Shown in pieces: positions 1-12,275 of a DNA stretch of 64,000 nt. Source of the stretch: Camelus dromedarius (lineage: Eukaryota). The stretch lies in assembly GCF_036321535.1 (NCBI RefSeq), contig NC_087438.1, positions 2,916,001 through 2,980,000 of the forward strand. Reading direction: 5' to 3'. Position numbers and translations under genes: made by a program. Numbering within the stretch: the stretch's first letter is position 1; each line of letters opens with the position of its first letter. Below the pieces are notes generated by a model. The model searched no databases. It was not told the origin of the DNA and was given only the letters and a program-made list of their open reading frames with translations.

Positions 1-870
1 GAGCAACACAGCGTCCTACCTGAACTCCAAGCGTGCTGCTGGTTCTGCACACATTGCCAAATGTGTCATGGACAACTGGGTCACCGGTCTGTGTCCACAG
101 CATTGGCTGGTCTGTACTCTAGACCACACGGAAACAGAGGTGAGCATCTCTGGACAAGATTCATTTCCAGGGAACCCACATCGGTCTTCGCTGACTTCTG
201 CCAGTTTCCTTCTCCTAACTGCCCCCAAATAACCAACCTACTAATTACTCTTGGAGTTTGCTGTGAATCGATAGCAAGCACATCACTCAGGAAATCCTGG
301 CATTTACCCACTTTTGAAAATGGATATACTTGTTCATCTTAATTTCTTTTGGCACCTCTGTGTTTGAAGAGAAAACCCATTAGCACGTTAGTTCAGCCAG
401 TTCTTTGTGTTGATGTGAAATAGATGAAAAATCAGCCAAGTTTGTCCCCTGGATTTTGAGCTTCAGCCCTCTGAACCTCTTCCTCAGGGTGTGAGCCATG
501 CTCTTCTGTTGTTCCAGAGATTAAAAACACACAAAAACAAAAACAAACAAACAAACAAAAAGCAGTGCTATATATTCTTGAGTTCCCCATGTTCTGTTGA
601 TAAAATCACACTTTTATTTTCCCCTGAAACTTTCAGAATCTTATTATTTTACCTGTTGGATGGATATCCTTATGAATTTCACCAAGTCTGTTCTTTCAAA
701 ATATCTGGGGGAAATGAAGCTGGAGAGAAAAGTGTTAATTCCATGTTGTGTTTTTCATTAATCGAGTCCAGGGGATGCTACAAGTCCAAGGCGCCAGGCT
801 TTTGGCTCCTTCCAAACTTCAACCAGAGCACCTCTGTTTTTGTTTCTTTTTTTTAAAGGACTGCTATTTC

Positions 871-1005
871 AATTTTATTTTTAATTTTTAGGGGTGGAGG
901 TAATTAGGTTTATTTATTTTAATTTTTTTAATGGAGGTACTGAGGATTGAACCCAGGACCTCGTGCACGCTAAGCACATGCTGTACCACTGAGCTGACCC
1001 TTCCC
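871..1005 (-). mobile_element. tRNA-derived SINE, camelid Vic-1-like
   Basis: Reverse strand reads GGGAAGGGTCAGCTCAGTGGTACAGCATGTGCTTAGCGTGCACGAGGTCCTGGGTTCAATCCTCAGTACCTCCATT, giving Pol III A box (AGCTCAGTGG) and B box (GGTTCAATCC). It continues into an A-rich linker, AAACCTAATTACCTCC and an A-rich tail. Same element as 41657 and 43585. Confidence 0.9.
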
Positions 1006-1189
1006 GTTTGCTGTCTTCATATTCGTTTTCATGTAATATTACTTCTGGAGAAAAAATGTTCTTTTCAGATGTCATCTTCTGACCCTTGCATCTACCATTT
1101 CAACCCTCCCCATCTCCACCCTCTTCCCCACTGTCTCGGTCTCCTTGGCACTTGCCGACACACATCCTCACTTACCTTGCATCCTGCCT

Positions 1190-1312
1190 TCCTCCCCACT
1201 GCAGGGTAAGCTCCAACATGGAGGGGTCTTGTGTGTTTTCTTCATCACTGTGCCCCCACGCTTTGAAGGGTGTCAAGCCCGTAGTGGGATTCAGGAAATA
1301 TTTGTTGTTTAA
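1190..1312 (+). mobile_element. LINE-2 3' end remnant
   Basis: GTAAGCTCC...GGGGTCTTGTGTGTTTTCTTCATCACTGTGCCCCCA...CAGGAAATATTTGTTG resembles the L2 3' terminus. Confidence 0.55.
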
Positions 1313-2644
1313 CAGCATCTCAGTGCGTACCCACTGCCCAGCCTCCCTCCTGTAACCCCTTGCCCCTCCATCCTCACTCACAGAGATGCAAGCAGGAAGA
1401 CAGTGCCAGCAGTAGCATCCTCTTTGCACCTGCTCACACAGCTTAGCGCAACAGCCCACCAGTGGGAGGAAGAAGCGGGTAGCTTTACACACAGTAGTTA
1501 GAAGCCCATGGCTTTCTCAACACAAAGTCCTGAATGGGGTGTTTGTCACACACTGAGGTTTAGACGATGAGACTCAGACCTACGTATCAGAGTTCACAGT
1601 ACCAGGTCTGCAGTTAAGAGTGCTCGCAACTATTATCTTAAGTCCCTCTTGTGTACAAGGAACGGTTACTAGCCTCGAAGTCGACACCCTCTGAGGCTGA
1701 GTCATTTGTGAACACGCTGGGCTGTTCTCTTCAGAGCCGCCATCACTTTATATGGGAGCTTGGAGGCTGGTTTAATTAAAGTTATCTGAATAGCGTACAG
1801 TTTGCCAGATGTTCGTAATAAATATAATGCAGCTTATGTAATGGTATGCCATCATGGAATATATTGGAATGGTTGTGATTATCCATTATTACCTATCATA
1901 AATCTAAATTTATTTCACCGTTTTTAGGCATTAAGCTTTTCTCAACCACTATAAATTAGCTTAGTATTTGAACTTTGCCTTTTGCTGAAGTTTTTCCAAT
2001 AGAGATAATTAAAGAGCTCTTTTGGCAAAATTAGTTTGCGTTACTCCCATTAGACTCAAACATCCACGTGGGAGACTACAGTCTACGATAGTGATGTTTG
2101 TGATGGACATTTTAAAGTACAAATATCAGTGAAACATGTTTCTCTTTCTATTTTTTTCCTGCAGTATACAAAGGTAAATATTCTAAATTTAGTTCCTTGA
2201 ACTCTTTATCTCCATTGTACAATGCTATTTAAAATTTTATTTTTGAAAATAGTAGACTGCCTAATATTTTCAGAATGAGAAGACCTTGGCTTAATAAGCA
2301 CGGAGCACGTGGAGAACACTCACCTCTTATACAGCTGCGACCAGGGAGCACGTGGAGGGCGGGATCGCCTCCCCAGGGAGGACAGGGGCGTGGCCGGCTA
2401 ATGGGCAGAGTAGGTGTACGGGCAGCTGATTTTTGTTAAAGATGTGTTTTCACAGAAAGCACACACACTGTGAGGTTTCTTTTGGTGTTTGGGGGATGAT
2501 GCACACCTGTAAATTCATATTCTCTGTCACTTCAGTGAACTCACTGATCCACTCTCCCGGAGAGCCTTGCTTCCCCGACTCTGGGGAAGACCATGGCCGA
2601 GTCTCCTTGTGGAGAATCAGCCCTATAATGAAGTAGCTTACTCG

Positions 2645-2910
2645 TTAAGTCTGAGGACCTGATTAGATATTTGAGTGTAAACATGAAGGTGTTTTGGTAT
2701 AAGAGTTTGGAGTTTAGGGACAGGAATGTGGAAGTTGTCAACAGACAGATGGTTTTTAAGATATGAGCCAGAATGAGGTCATCATGGTGGTGAGTTTATG
2801 GGGAGATCAAGTTGTGGTCAGTGAGGGAGACACCAGATGGAGGGGAGAGAGAAGGACGGGGAAGAGGGGAGGCACTAAGAGACCCTTGTCCACATTTAGG
2901 AGTGAAAGTA
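2645..2910 (-). mobile_element. LINE-2 remnant
   Basis: Purine-rich decayed sequence (GAGTTTGGAGTTTAGGG...GTTGTCAACAGACAGATGGTTTTTAAG...ACATTTAGGAG) typical of antisense L2. Confidence 0.5.
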
Positions 2911-4849
2911 GAGACTAATACATAACCAGAACCAGAAGTGCATTCTTCACCAGGTGGGCAGACAGGTGCAGGTGTGCAGACCGGTGCAGGTGTGCATTGA
3001 CACAGGTGTCGCTGAGTCTGATTTCTACTGCAGCCCTCTGACCCTCTAACCCCAGGGAAAGGAGTTTGCAGATCTGGTGTCCATTTCTCAAAGAATGGAC
3101 TTTACACTGTGTCGTACTTTGTGGTGACTTTTTAACAAACATCTGGATAAGCTGACTGGAAGAATACTTTGTCAACGATCAGAAATTATCAAGTTTAAAT
3201 GACATAACTCATATTAGCTTTGAACTCAATGATGTATTTGTGGCTTTTGGCCATTTTCTGAATGAATGTCTCACCAAACAGAAGCTAACATCCCCCGTGA
3301 CTAAGCAGCAGATTGTAGACCCCTGTTCTTAGGTTTGGATACAGGCGTGTGTGGCTGCAGACTGGCCAATCTTTCAGACTCACATTAAAGGACAGGAACA
3401 AAACTGACACACAAAGGAAATGGAACGTATTTTGATAAAAGTCCTTTGACCATGTGAAAAGACATTCGTCACAGGAAGAATAAATGATAAGAAAGCCCAT
3501 TGGAGTCTAGTTCTGACTCTGGTTCTTGCATGCTGTCCCTGGACGAGACAGAAGAGCAGCAGAACGACTCCCTCCAGGACCGAGTCATCAGTTCTGCTCA
3601 TCAAAATCAAAACGGAGGCAGCCCAAGCATTCTGCAAGTTTAGGTTAGTGCGAGATGGTCGTTTCCGCTCAAGAAATCAACTCTGGCATGTGGTTCCTTC
3701 CCAGATTAAAAGTGAGGTGAGTATCAAAAGAAAATTATAACCATAAAGTGACCATTTGGAATTTAGTGCAATGGAACCATTATTTACAACGTGCGTGGGG
3801 GCCCCTTAAAAAAGCTTACAAACATTTTCAGTGACCTTCATTTATAAAATTAAAACCTCTAATATGGCTATGCATTCACAGCAATGACTCCTAATGACTG
3901 ATAGCACTATACAGTGTCGTGTAAACACACACACTCACACTGAGTGTATGACGTGAATTGAGTGAAATAATCCATTGCCGGTGGTTATAACACCTACATT
4001 TATGTCTGTGGGCTGCTTTCTCTTAGGAAAGAGGTAAAATCAAATTACACTACTCTTAAGTTACCAGACTTTAAAAGTATTTTAACTTTCCTTCAGAATC
4101 AGTATTACAGGCAAAGTTATTTAACTTTTAATTAATTCATCATTAATTAACAATTAAATTATAATGGGGTATTTAATTTTCCCACTGTAATTTCCACAAA
4201 AATTGCAAATTAAATATAATAGCTATTAAGTCTTCTATATTTTCGAACAATGGCTAGATTTGGCTGAACTGGGGCAGAATTGGATGCTGGAGGATCCTGA
4301 CTTGGAAACAACAAGGGCCTGTCACAATTCCCGTAAATTATTTTCATCCTTGTAATCTGAAGACTAAGATTTGATGCAGCTTTTGGGCTCTTTTTCCCAC
4401 TGACGTTGACTATGTGTTAATAACTTACCCAAATGTTCAGACAGATGAAAAGTCGCTACCTTGCAATTACAGTGCCGTCCAAGCTGTTTTCTGACCCCCC
4501 TGGGACTCCGGATTGCCTCTAAGCCAGCGGGGATGGCACTGGGTCCCCCACTGCTGGGGGCAGAGGCTAGCTGCCGTCCACGTGCTGCGACCACGGCCTA
4601 CACTGATGGGCTGCTCGCTGCCCCGAGACAGGCTCTGCTCCAGACACTCAGATTCATCCAGGGACAACCTCCCGGCACGGGGAGGCTGACACGGGACAGC
4701 CACTGTAATCCCTAAGTACAGTTTAGTGCGATCCTTTTAGGGCTTGAGAAGCGCTCTGGAATAAAGCGAAAATGGAACACTCTCAGGAAGACTGGGGCTG
4801 AGGGGCTGGGCTGAAGGCGCGAGGTTGAAGGATAGTGGATGAGGGGTCC

Positions 4850-6530
4850 TCCTCGAGAAGGCGACAGTGGGACAACCACGTGGCCCTGAAGACATCGGGC
4901 GGAAGCATGTCCAGGCCCCGCGAACAGCCAGTGCAAAGGCCCGCAGGCAGGGGTCCGCCCAATCGCGGAAGCCGGAGCCGCCGCCGCAGAGCGCGGGTGG
5001 ACGAAGTGGCGTCAGAGACAGAAGGTGGGCGCTGTCCTCGGTCCTCAGCTGGATCTGCTGTCGCCCTCGCCCGCCGCTTGCCGTCCCACAGGCCACGTCC
5101 ACGCGGCCCTGCCCGCTGCTTCTTTCTGGATTCCTGTCTCCACTCAGCAGCTGAGGACACCGTCCACAGCTGCTCTGTCCTGAAGGCCGGGCCTCAGTCC
5201 CCGCTGCCCTCCTCCCGGGGCCGGCAGCCCTCCTGCAGCGCAGCACGCGCCCCGCCACGAGGCTCTCCCGCGCACCTGCTCACGCCTTTTGTGAAGCGTC
5301 CTCTGATGGCAGCCTCCTCAAACTATTGCCGTCTGACTGCGGCCTGCGGCCTGCGGGGCCCGACTGACCGACCGACCGACACAGACGGGGAACCGCACGG
5401 GGCCTCACGGCTCAGCCCCAGACTTTGACTCTTCCCCCAGAGAAGCGAAAACGGAGCCTGTTGCTGTGAGCGGAGACCGGACCTGATCTGAGGCTGACAA
5501 GGGCGGCTCCTTGAGGACAGACCGAGGGACAGGAGGGTGGAGGCGGTGCGCGGAGGAGGGGCGGGAGGCAGCCAGAGTCTGAGGCCCTGCGGCCGCTGGA
5601 GGGGGGACGGCCGAGGCCTTGCGGGCGCGCTGCGGGCGGAGGGCTGGCCCTGCCCGGGGTGTGTTTTGAACGCCTGAAGGTTTACGTGTGGGCTGTGAGA
5701 AGCACGCCGGGTGTTTTGACACGGGACCAGAAGGAGGAGCTCACCGTGCGTGGACACGGGAAAGGCTGTGGGACGGCAGGTTCTGTCGGGGGTCGGCGGG
5801 AGAGGCAGGGCGCCAGTTCGGGCGCGTGGAGGCTGCGGCATCGAGGAGCCAGGACGGCTGAGGCCGTCCCTGTGCCTCTCTGGTCTCGGCCCTGCAGCTC
5901 CACACCTGCCGGGCTGAGGCCGACACGCCTGCCTCCTGGAGCGCCCTTGACCTACCCTCGCGCCCCAGGCTGGAGCCTTTGGGACATGGCTCCGTCTGCC
6001 TGGGCCACTCCCAAGCGGCTCTGCCCGCTCTCCGCCCGAGGGCTTGCTCAGATGGCGTCTCCTTACCTCGTTTTCCTTCCCGGCCTGTGCAAATTGCATG
6101 CTCTTTTCAGATTTCCCTGGTATCGCTCCAGCTGCGCTTTTCGCATAATATTTAGCACCGCCTCATGTGTGACGTGGGTTTTACTGCTTTGTGGTGCTTA
6201 CTTTCTGTCTCAGGAAAGCGGCCTTTTTGTTCTGTGTGGGCCTGTGTTTTGGCCTTTTCCCCTCATTGCTTTATATTTAATGGCGAGACCCGCGACCAGA
6301 CACAGGGCGGGCGCTCGAGGACACTTGAGGAGGAAGGCGCAGACGGCGGCCGCAGCCTGTCACCACGCGCAGCCGTCTGGGGACCGGCGGGCCTGTGACT
6401 CCCGCCAAGGCAGCGCTCGTGGGTGAGCCGCACCCGGGAGCCGCCCGAGGCCGGCCCTGCGGACGGCGAAGCGAAGGCGCTGCGGCCCGCCCTCACAGAC
6501 CCGGCGGGTAGCCGGCTCCACGCAGAGGAG
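4850..6530. promoter_or_regulatory. CpG island with no identified associated gene
   Basis: About 1.7 kb of very GC-rich, CpG-dense sequence in an otherwise AT-rich window, with a shoulder back to ~4520. Contains CCAAT next to an ETS core (CCAATCGCGGAAG ~4959-4971), GC boxes (GGGGCGGG ~5557) and a YY1-like AGATGGCG (~6049). Confidence 0.85.
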
Positions 6531-8835
6531 GGGGCCCAGTGGGGATGCCTTTCTTTTCTCTGCATCCTCTTGATTCTTTCAAGCTTCATCTGACCGCTGA
6601 CATTGAGTCCATGTGCCTTCAGGGGGGAACTAAAACTTTCTCCAGGTGCTCTTGTCAATTTTGTTGGCGATCATGTTTTTATCCAATTTGGACATATTTT
6701 TTTTTATTAGTGCAAGGAGCCCAAAGTAAAGGTTCTTAAAGTTTATCTAACAGTTGCACAGTCTTGTCAGATAAGATCAGGCGCAGAATCTGCTTATTCC
6801 AAATGGGAGGGTGATACAGGAGTCTTCCCCTTTCTCCTTCTTGCATCATTTTTGTTGAGGTTCAAAGTTTTCCATCTTAAATTCTTAGGTTTTCTCATCA
6901 CTGGTATGATCGGAATGCAGTCAGAAATGTAACAAATGCATAACTTGTTCTTGGCAATTTTTATGGTGTTTTGCATCAGTTAAAGAGGATGCTCGCAGTG
7001 TCTGGGGCACCTGATGAAGATCAGAGGGCAGCACCCCCTCCAGGAAATACACTCGACCTTGAACCAGTCCCAGTATCACCGGGTAATGCTTACTAACACA
7101 GGGAAACGCTGATGGACCATTTCCTAAGAAAACTCCCAGGAAATAAAGAATTGTTGGCAGATATTAAAGTGTAATTTTAACCTAAATTATTTAAATTGAT
7201 ATCTGCTTTACAATAAAAAATGAAAGTCTCCATCGAACCAGTGACGACACATTCATTCACCAGCAAATTCAGGTTCTTCCGTCTCCTCCTGGGCACCCAA
7301 ACCACTCACAGGACAAACGACAGTTAAGGAGGCAACTGACGGCCGCATCTGGGGCCGCGTTACCGCAGTGTTGGTTGTTCCATTTCAATAGCACAGAGCA
7401 ACTGGGCGAACTTCTAGGAAGCTATCTCCAAAAATAACAAGGTTGAAATTTGACCTCTGCCTCTCGCGTCCTTCCATCTTTTGAGAGTTAAGCACAATAG
7501 AGTGGTGAAGAACGCTAATAGCGTTTCCCTTAATCTCACGTACAAAGTAGCTACATTTTTTCCCATAAGATTAATGCGGTGAGTTCATGTAAAGGTTATG
7601 CGCTCAGCAAAAACCTGGCAGGAAAATTAGGAACACATTTAACATTATTTGTCATTAAAAATTACACCCTGTCTGATTTTTTTTTTGATTGCTGAGTTCT
7701 GATTGTTGAATTGCTTGCCAAGGAGCAGAACTCAAGAGCTTCGAGAAAATTTTTTAAAAAGAAAGAAAGAAAAAATAATAAAGAAAAAGAAAAAAATCAG
7801 TTCAAATTGGATAGATGGAAACAGGAATGTAAAAATATAACATCTTTAGTAAATATTTTACGTACAAAACTGTGAAAACAGCTAAGATACAACACTATTA
7901 GTGTCACTGAGATAATGGATACGTGTGACTAGATTACAGCCCCAGTAGCTGGTGAATTATGCAAAGAACTACCCAGTAAAATATCTGCGTGCCCAAGCGT
8001 TATAGTGCGAATGAGACATACTTGTGTTTCAAATTGTGTTGTTAGTCTAATAAAAATAATATCAAGCAATTTAAATAGGACAGAGAGGAGAAACAAGACA
8101 TTGGTATCAATTGCTGAGCTCTCCATTGCTGTGTGGGCACCCAGTGATAATGGCGACAGGATTCGCAGCAATGTAAGGAAAAGACAAGGTGCCCCAGAGC
8201 TGTGAGCACTTCTCCCCAGGCTTCTGCTTAAGGACAAGAGACAGGATTGTCAACATCTGTTGCAATTGCTTGTTCTCCGTCATTCTGTAGCACTGTTCAG
8301 GGCAGACCCAGTGGAACCCCCTTTGGGGGTAAAAGTTAAAGATAACCATTATGTTATGAAGGCTGAATATCAGTGTTCAAAATCTTCATTTTTGCTGGAG
8401 TCCAAAACCATTTATTGATTAAAAAACTAAAAAAGTAATAAGCTATGTTTGTAGTTGAAAATAATGCTTGATAATTTATTAAAACCAACATGCAGACAAA
8501 ACTAGAGTAGGAGTGACAGTTGGAAGACAGGAACTTTAACTTGCATTTTCTGGAGCAGTATTTGATCCCAGATTAGGTTACTTCCCCAAATTTCACCAGC
8601 AGATGAGTCAGGACAACTTTGCGTTTGGAGACAATTGAATTTAAGGTTCCCCTCCTAGAACCCACTTGTCTGTCTGCTTTTCCTTCTTCAGACTTTCTGC
8701 TCACCTGTGACGGAAGCTTGCTTTCCCTTTTGGGGATGCTCTGAAAACATGTAGCTTGTTCTCTTTAATTTTGTGGGGCTATCAGCTGACTTTCCTCTGC
8801 ATATAAGCTGTTTTTTTTTTCCCTCTCATTCTTTC

Positions 8836-9336
8836 TGTTATGGGCTGAAGGGTGCCCCACAAAGAGGTGTGTTGAAGTCCATCACCAGGTACCTGTGAAT
8901 GTGACCTTATTTGGAAACGTGGTCTTTGCAGATGCCATCAGGTTAGCATGAGGTCATAGTGCATTTTGGTGAGCCCCACATTACAGGAAACGTGTCCTCC
9001 TAAGAAGGACGTGTAGAGACCCAGATGCCAGGGAGGGCTGCACGTGCTGAGGGGGCAGAGACCTGAGGCACACAGCTGCAAATCACGGGAGGACAAGGAT
9101 GTCGGAAGCCACCAGAAGGGAGGAGACCTGGAGCCTCCAGAAGGATCCAACCAGCAACCCTTCACTGCAGACTTCGGAAGCCACCAGAAGGGAGGAGACC
9201 TGGAGCCTCCAGAAGGATCCAACCAGCAACCCTTCACTGCAGACTTCCGGCCTCTAGAACAGTGAGAATAAATTCATGTTGTTCTAAGCCACCCACTTTG
9301 TGACACTTGTTATCAGGGCCACAGGAAACTCAAACA
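8836..9336 (+). mobile_element. Solo ERVL-MaLR LTR (MLT1B/C-like)
   Basis: Starts TGTTATGGGCTGAA and contains GAATGTGACCTTATTTGGAAA..GGTCTTTGCAGATG, AATAAATTC..GTT.TAAGCCACCCA. Ends GGAAACTCAAACA, giving TG...CA termini. Confidence 0.9.
9102..9247. repeat. Perfect 72-bp tandem duplication (2 copies)
   Basis: 9102-9173 is identical to 9174-9245, with a further TC of junction homology. Also visible as a repeated 24-aa block in ORFs 9044..9265 and 8938..9237. Confidence 0.97.
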
Positions 9337-12064
9337 CCTGCTGCTCCCCAAAGCCTGCACCAGAGGGGGTCACAGTGGTCCACTGTCATCCCTGAGGGAA
9401 ACAGTCCACCCAGGTTGGAGGGGACACACCAACGCGAGGATGGAAGAAAAGGGGCAAACTGTGGGGAGAAGAAGGAAAAAGGTTGTAACTCATAAACGTG
9501 TACAAGTATGAAGACATGACTTTGAAGTAGTAATGGAGGAAAACACAGAAGAAAAAGCTTTCCTCTTAAATTGAAGAATAAGTCTAAAATGTAACATGCC
9601 AGATGCAATGTCTACAAAATGTTATTTTATTATCCAACAACCAAGGAAAAATAGGGGAAATTAGAATTTTCCTTGAACTAAAGTCACATATATGTACTTA
9701 TTTCCATATTTAAAAAAAATTACACAGTTGAGAAAGGTTTCTAGAAATTGTATATGGGGGACTATGTTTTATGACTCTGTTATAATAAAAGTGCAATTAA
9801 TCTGAAACCTATGATTAAAACATGAAAACTGAAGAGCATATCAAATATTGTTAGAGAATAAAGCAGATTTTGTTCATTATATTCATGCTGTTAAACTATT
9901 ACCCAGTGTTGAGCACGACTCCTCGTGTTTCACAGTGCTTTTCCACAAAGTAACTTAAATTGAAGTGATATTGATGACAGTCTCTTTGGTCTGAACCTGC
10001 AGTCAGAAATCTCTTTCCTAATTCTGATTTCCTCCCTGATTAATGTGCAAAGTGCAGGGATTCACAGCATCTTGTCTCCTCAAATCCTCTCTCTGTCAAA
10101 GAGGGAAAAGAGAGCTTCACCACGTCACCTGCATTCTGCTTCTGACTTCTAGAGATGTTGAGAGGATAAAGCGATCACACATGCAAAAGTCTTGAAGCGC
10201 CTCAGAAGTAAGCTAATTTGCCTACTTAGAAGGTTTGTTGAGAGGATAAAGGGAACTTGAATTTCTGTGAAGTGTTGCGAGCGTCTCTGAAGACAGGAAG
10301 CCTGTATATTCAGTTACTCTCATCCTGTGTGTTAATATGCAGGAGAGTTCAATTCAAGTGTATCTATTCTCATTTTGAAGCAATGAGAAAAGTCCTTCCC
10401 TTCTTAGATCTGCAGCTCCTCTTGTGATTGTGCCAAATAAGTTAATCCTCTGGTTACTGATGTCATTAAATTTCCACTTGAAATAGAGATGGTAAGACAG
10501 GCTTTAGCTGTGAATTTGATAGCACTGCTAACAGAATTCGCTTGTGATATTCGCCTAAAAATAAAAACAGGGAAAAGCAGATGCTCTTTTTTTGTAGCAT
10601 TGTTGTCAAAAGTTTCACCAGTGTGCCCTGCTGGGGTCCTCCTCTGAGTGATAGGGGCATTGGACTGGCCGCTGGACATCTGTGCACTCCCAAGCACCTG
10701 CTCTGCTCAAAGTAGAGGCAGCCCCTCTTTGATTACTCAGTCACATCCCAGTCTGACTCCAGTCTGATCCCGAGTCCTTGGCTGCTTCTGGGATTCCTCA
10801 ATCCCAGCCTGTCCTCAACAATTCTGCCCGTCTGTTTTTTTTTTTTTTTTCCTTTCATTCAACTAACTCAAGAAAGTCTCTTCCAACATCCCTTCCTCTT
10901 TGCATTGACCAGAGTCCTCCAGAGTCCTGCCTGGCTGCTGAACATGATGGGAAATGATCAGTCTCCTTCCCTGGCAGCCTGTGGTACCTCCAGTCATTCA
11001 AGTCCCTGACTGCTCTATCTGATCTAGCTTGAGCCCACCCCCACCACCTACTGTCACTCTGGTGACACAGGGCAGCCTGACCCAACCCACCCCAGACCTG
11101 GTCCTGGTTGGCACACCCACCTGTCCTGGGCTACTTCCCTTGGTTGAACCCTAGTTTCAGGATCAATTCAGGCAGGAGCCAACTCCTTGCCTTAAATCGC
11201 TTTGGAATTTATTATAGAGTGGTTATAAAAATGGGAAGATGTTGCTGGAAGAACAGGTTCTTCTTTCCTTCCTGTCACAGAACCAAGACACATAGTTCCT
11301 CACTCTCCGCTAGCATTTTGATCACAGAAATCAGTACACAATAAGGATGGCGGATGACTTTGCACACACTCTTGACAGTTACCAGTGTAAACTTCATCCA
11401 CTGGGAACCACCTCCTATTGTGGTTCACATGTAATGGATAAGAAAACACAAATAATAATCACTGAGGGAAGAAATAATGGAAAATATACACCACTTATCT
11501 TTAAGTTTGGAAAAAAATTCCATATTCCCAGTGAATGTATCTTAGTGTTACTGTATTTAAAATATCACTAAACAAACTAGAACTTGAAAATATTTTAATA
11601 GATAATGACATGAACACACACACACACAGAGATTTCAAAATGTTTTGAAGAAAATTTAAAATATTAGACCTGAAAAGAACCATTTGACTATGAGACAGTA
11701 ACACCCAGTTTGTGGCACAGACTGTGACGGAAATGCCAGGACCAGCCCAAGGGAAGACTGGAAAAACTCAAAACCTTCTTTAGATGCCACCCACTTCCAT
11801 AATGAAAATCTTTCCCCAGCCCAATCCCATCGTCTTATTTTTCCCTTTCCACTATTATCAGCTCAGTGTTTCTGATGAACTAACATGATTAATTTCTTCC
11901 TCTTTCTGCCTCTTTTTGTCAAATTTTAGGCCTTTCTCCTGGAATCAGCTTTATGAACAATTGGCTATAAACTTTTGCTTGAGCTCATCCTACTAGATAT
12001 AATCACGATTCTTCCTCATTTCCATCATATTCTATAAGGAAATATCAGAGGTAGAATAAAATGA

Positions 12065-12275
12065 GGTTAAAGCAGACAGATCTTGGTTCAAATTCACATC
12101 TGCAACTTACGAGCTGGTGAGCGTGAGCTAGTCACCTGAACTGTGTTTTTATCGCCTCACCTGTGGATTGTGTATAATAATGTCTAATTTACACAGTTCT
12201 TAAAACAATTCAGTGAGGTAGGTTACATAAAACATTTAAGCGGGTGCCTGTATATAAGAAGCCTTCAGCAATGAC
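12065..12275 (+). mobile_element. MIR SINE
   Basis: CAGACAGATCTTGGTTCAAATTC...ACTTACGAGCTG...CCTCACCTGT...ATAATAAT...AGTGAGGTA...ATAAAACATTTA...GTGCCTG follows the MIR layout. Confidence 0.75.

Noticed and set aside
6068..6085. 18-nt exon-shaped segment on the - strand (TTTGCACAG|GCCGGGAAGGAAAACGAG|GTAAGG)
   Set aside because: Weak pyrimidine tract and opposite strand to the other candidates, which illustrates the chance rate of such patterns.
4737..6658. Long overlapping ORFs of 173-258 aa on both strands
   Set aside because: They are low-complexity R/P/G/A/S-rich translations present in several frames at once with no recognisable domain, as expected from stop-codon depletion in a CpG island.
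9102..9247. Repeats as a CRISPR-like array
   Set aside because: Mammalian DNA, two contiguous copies with no spacers, inside an LTR.
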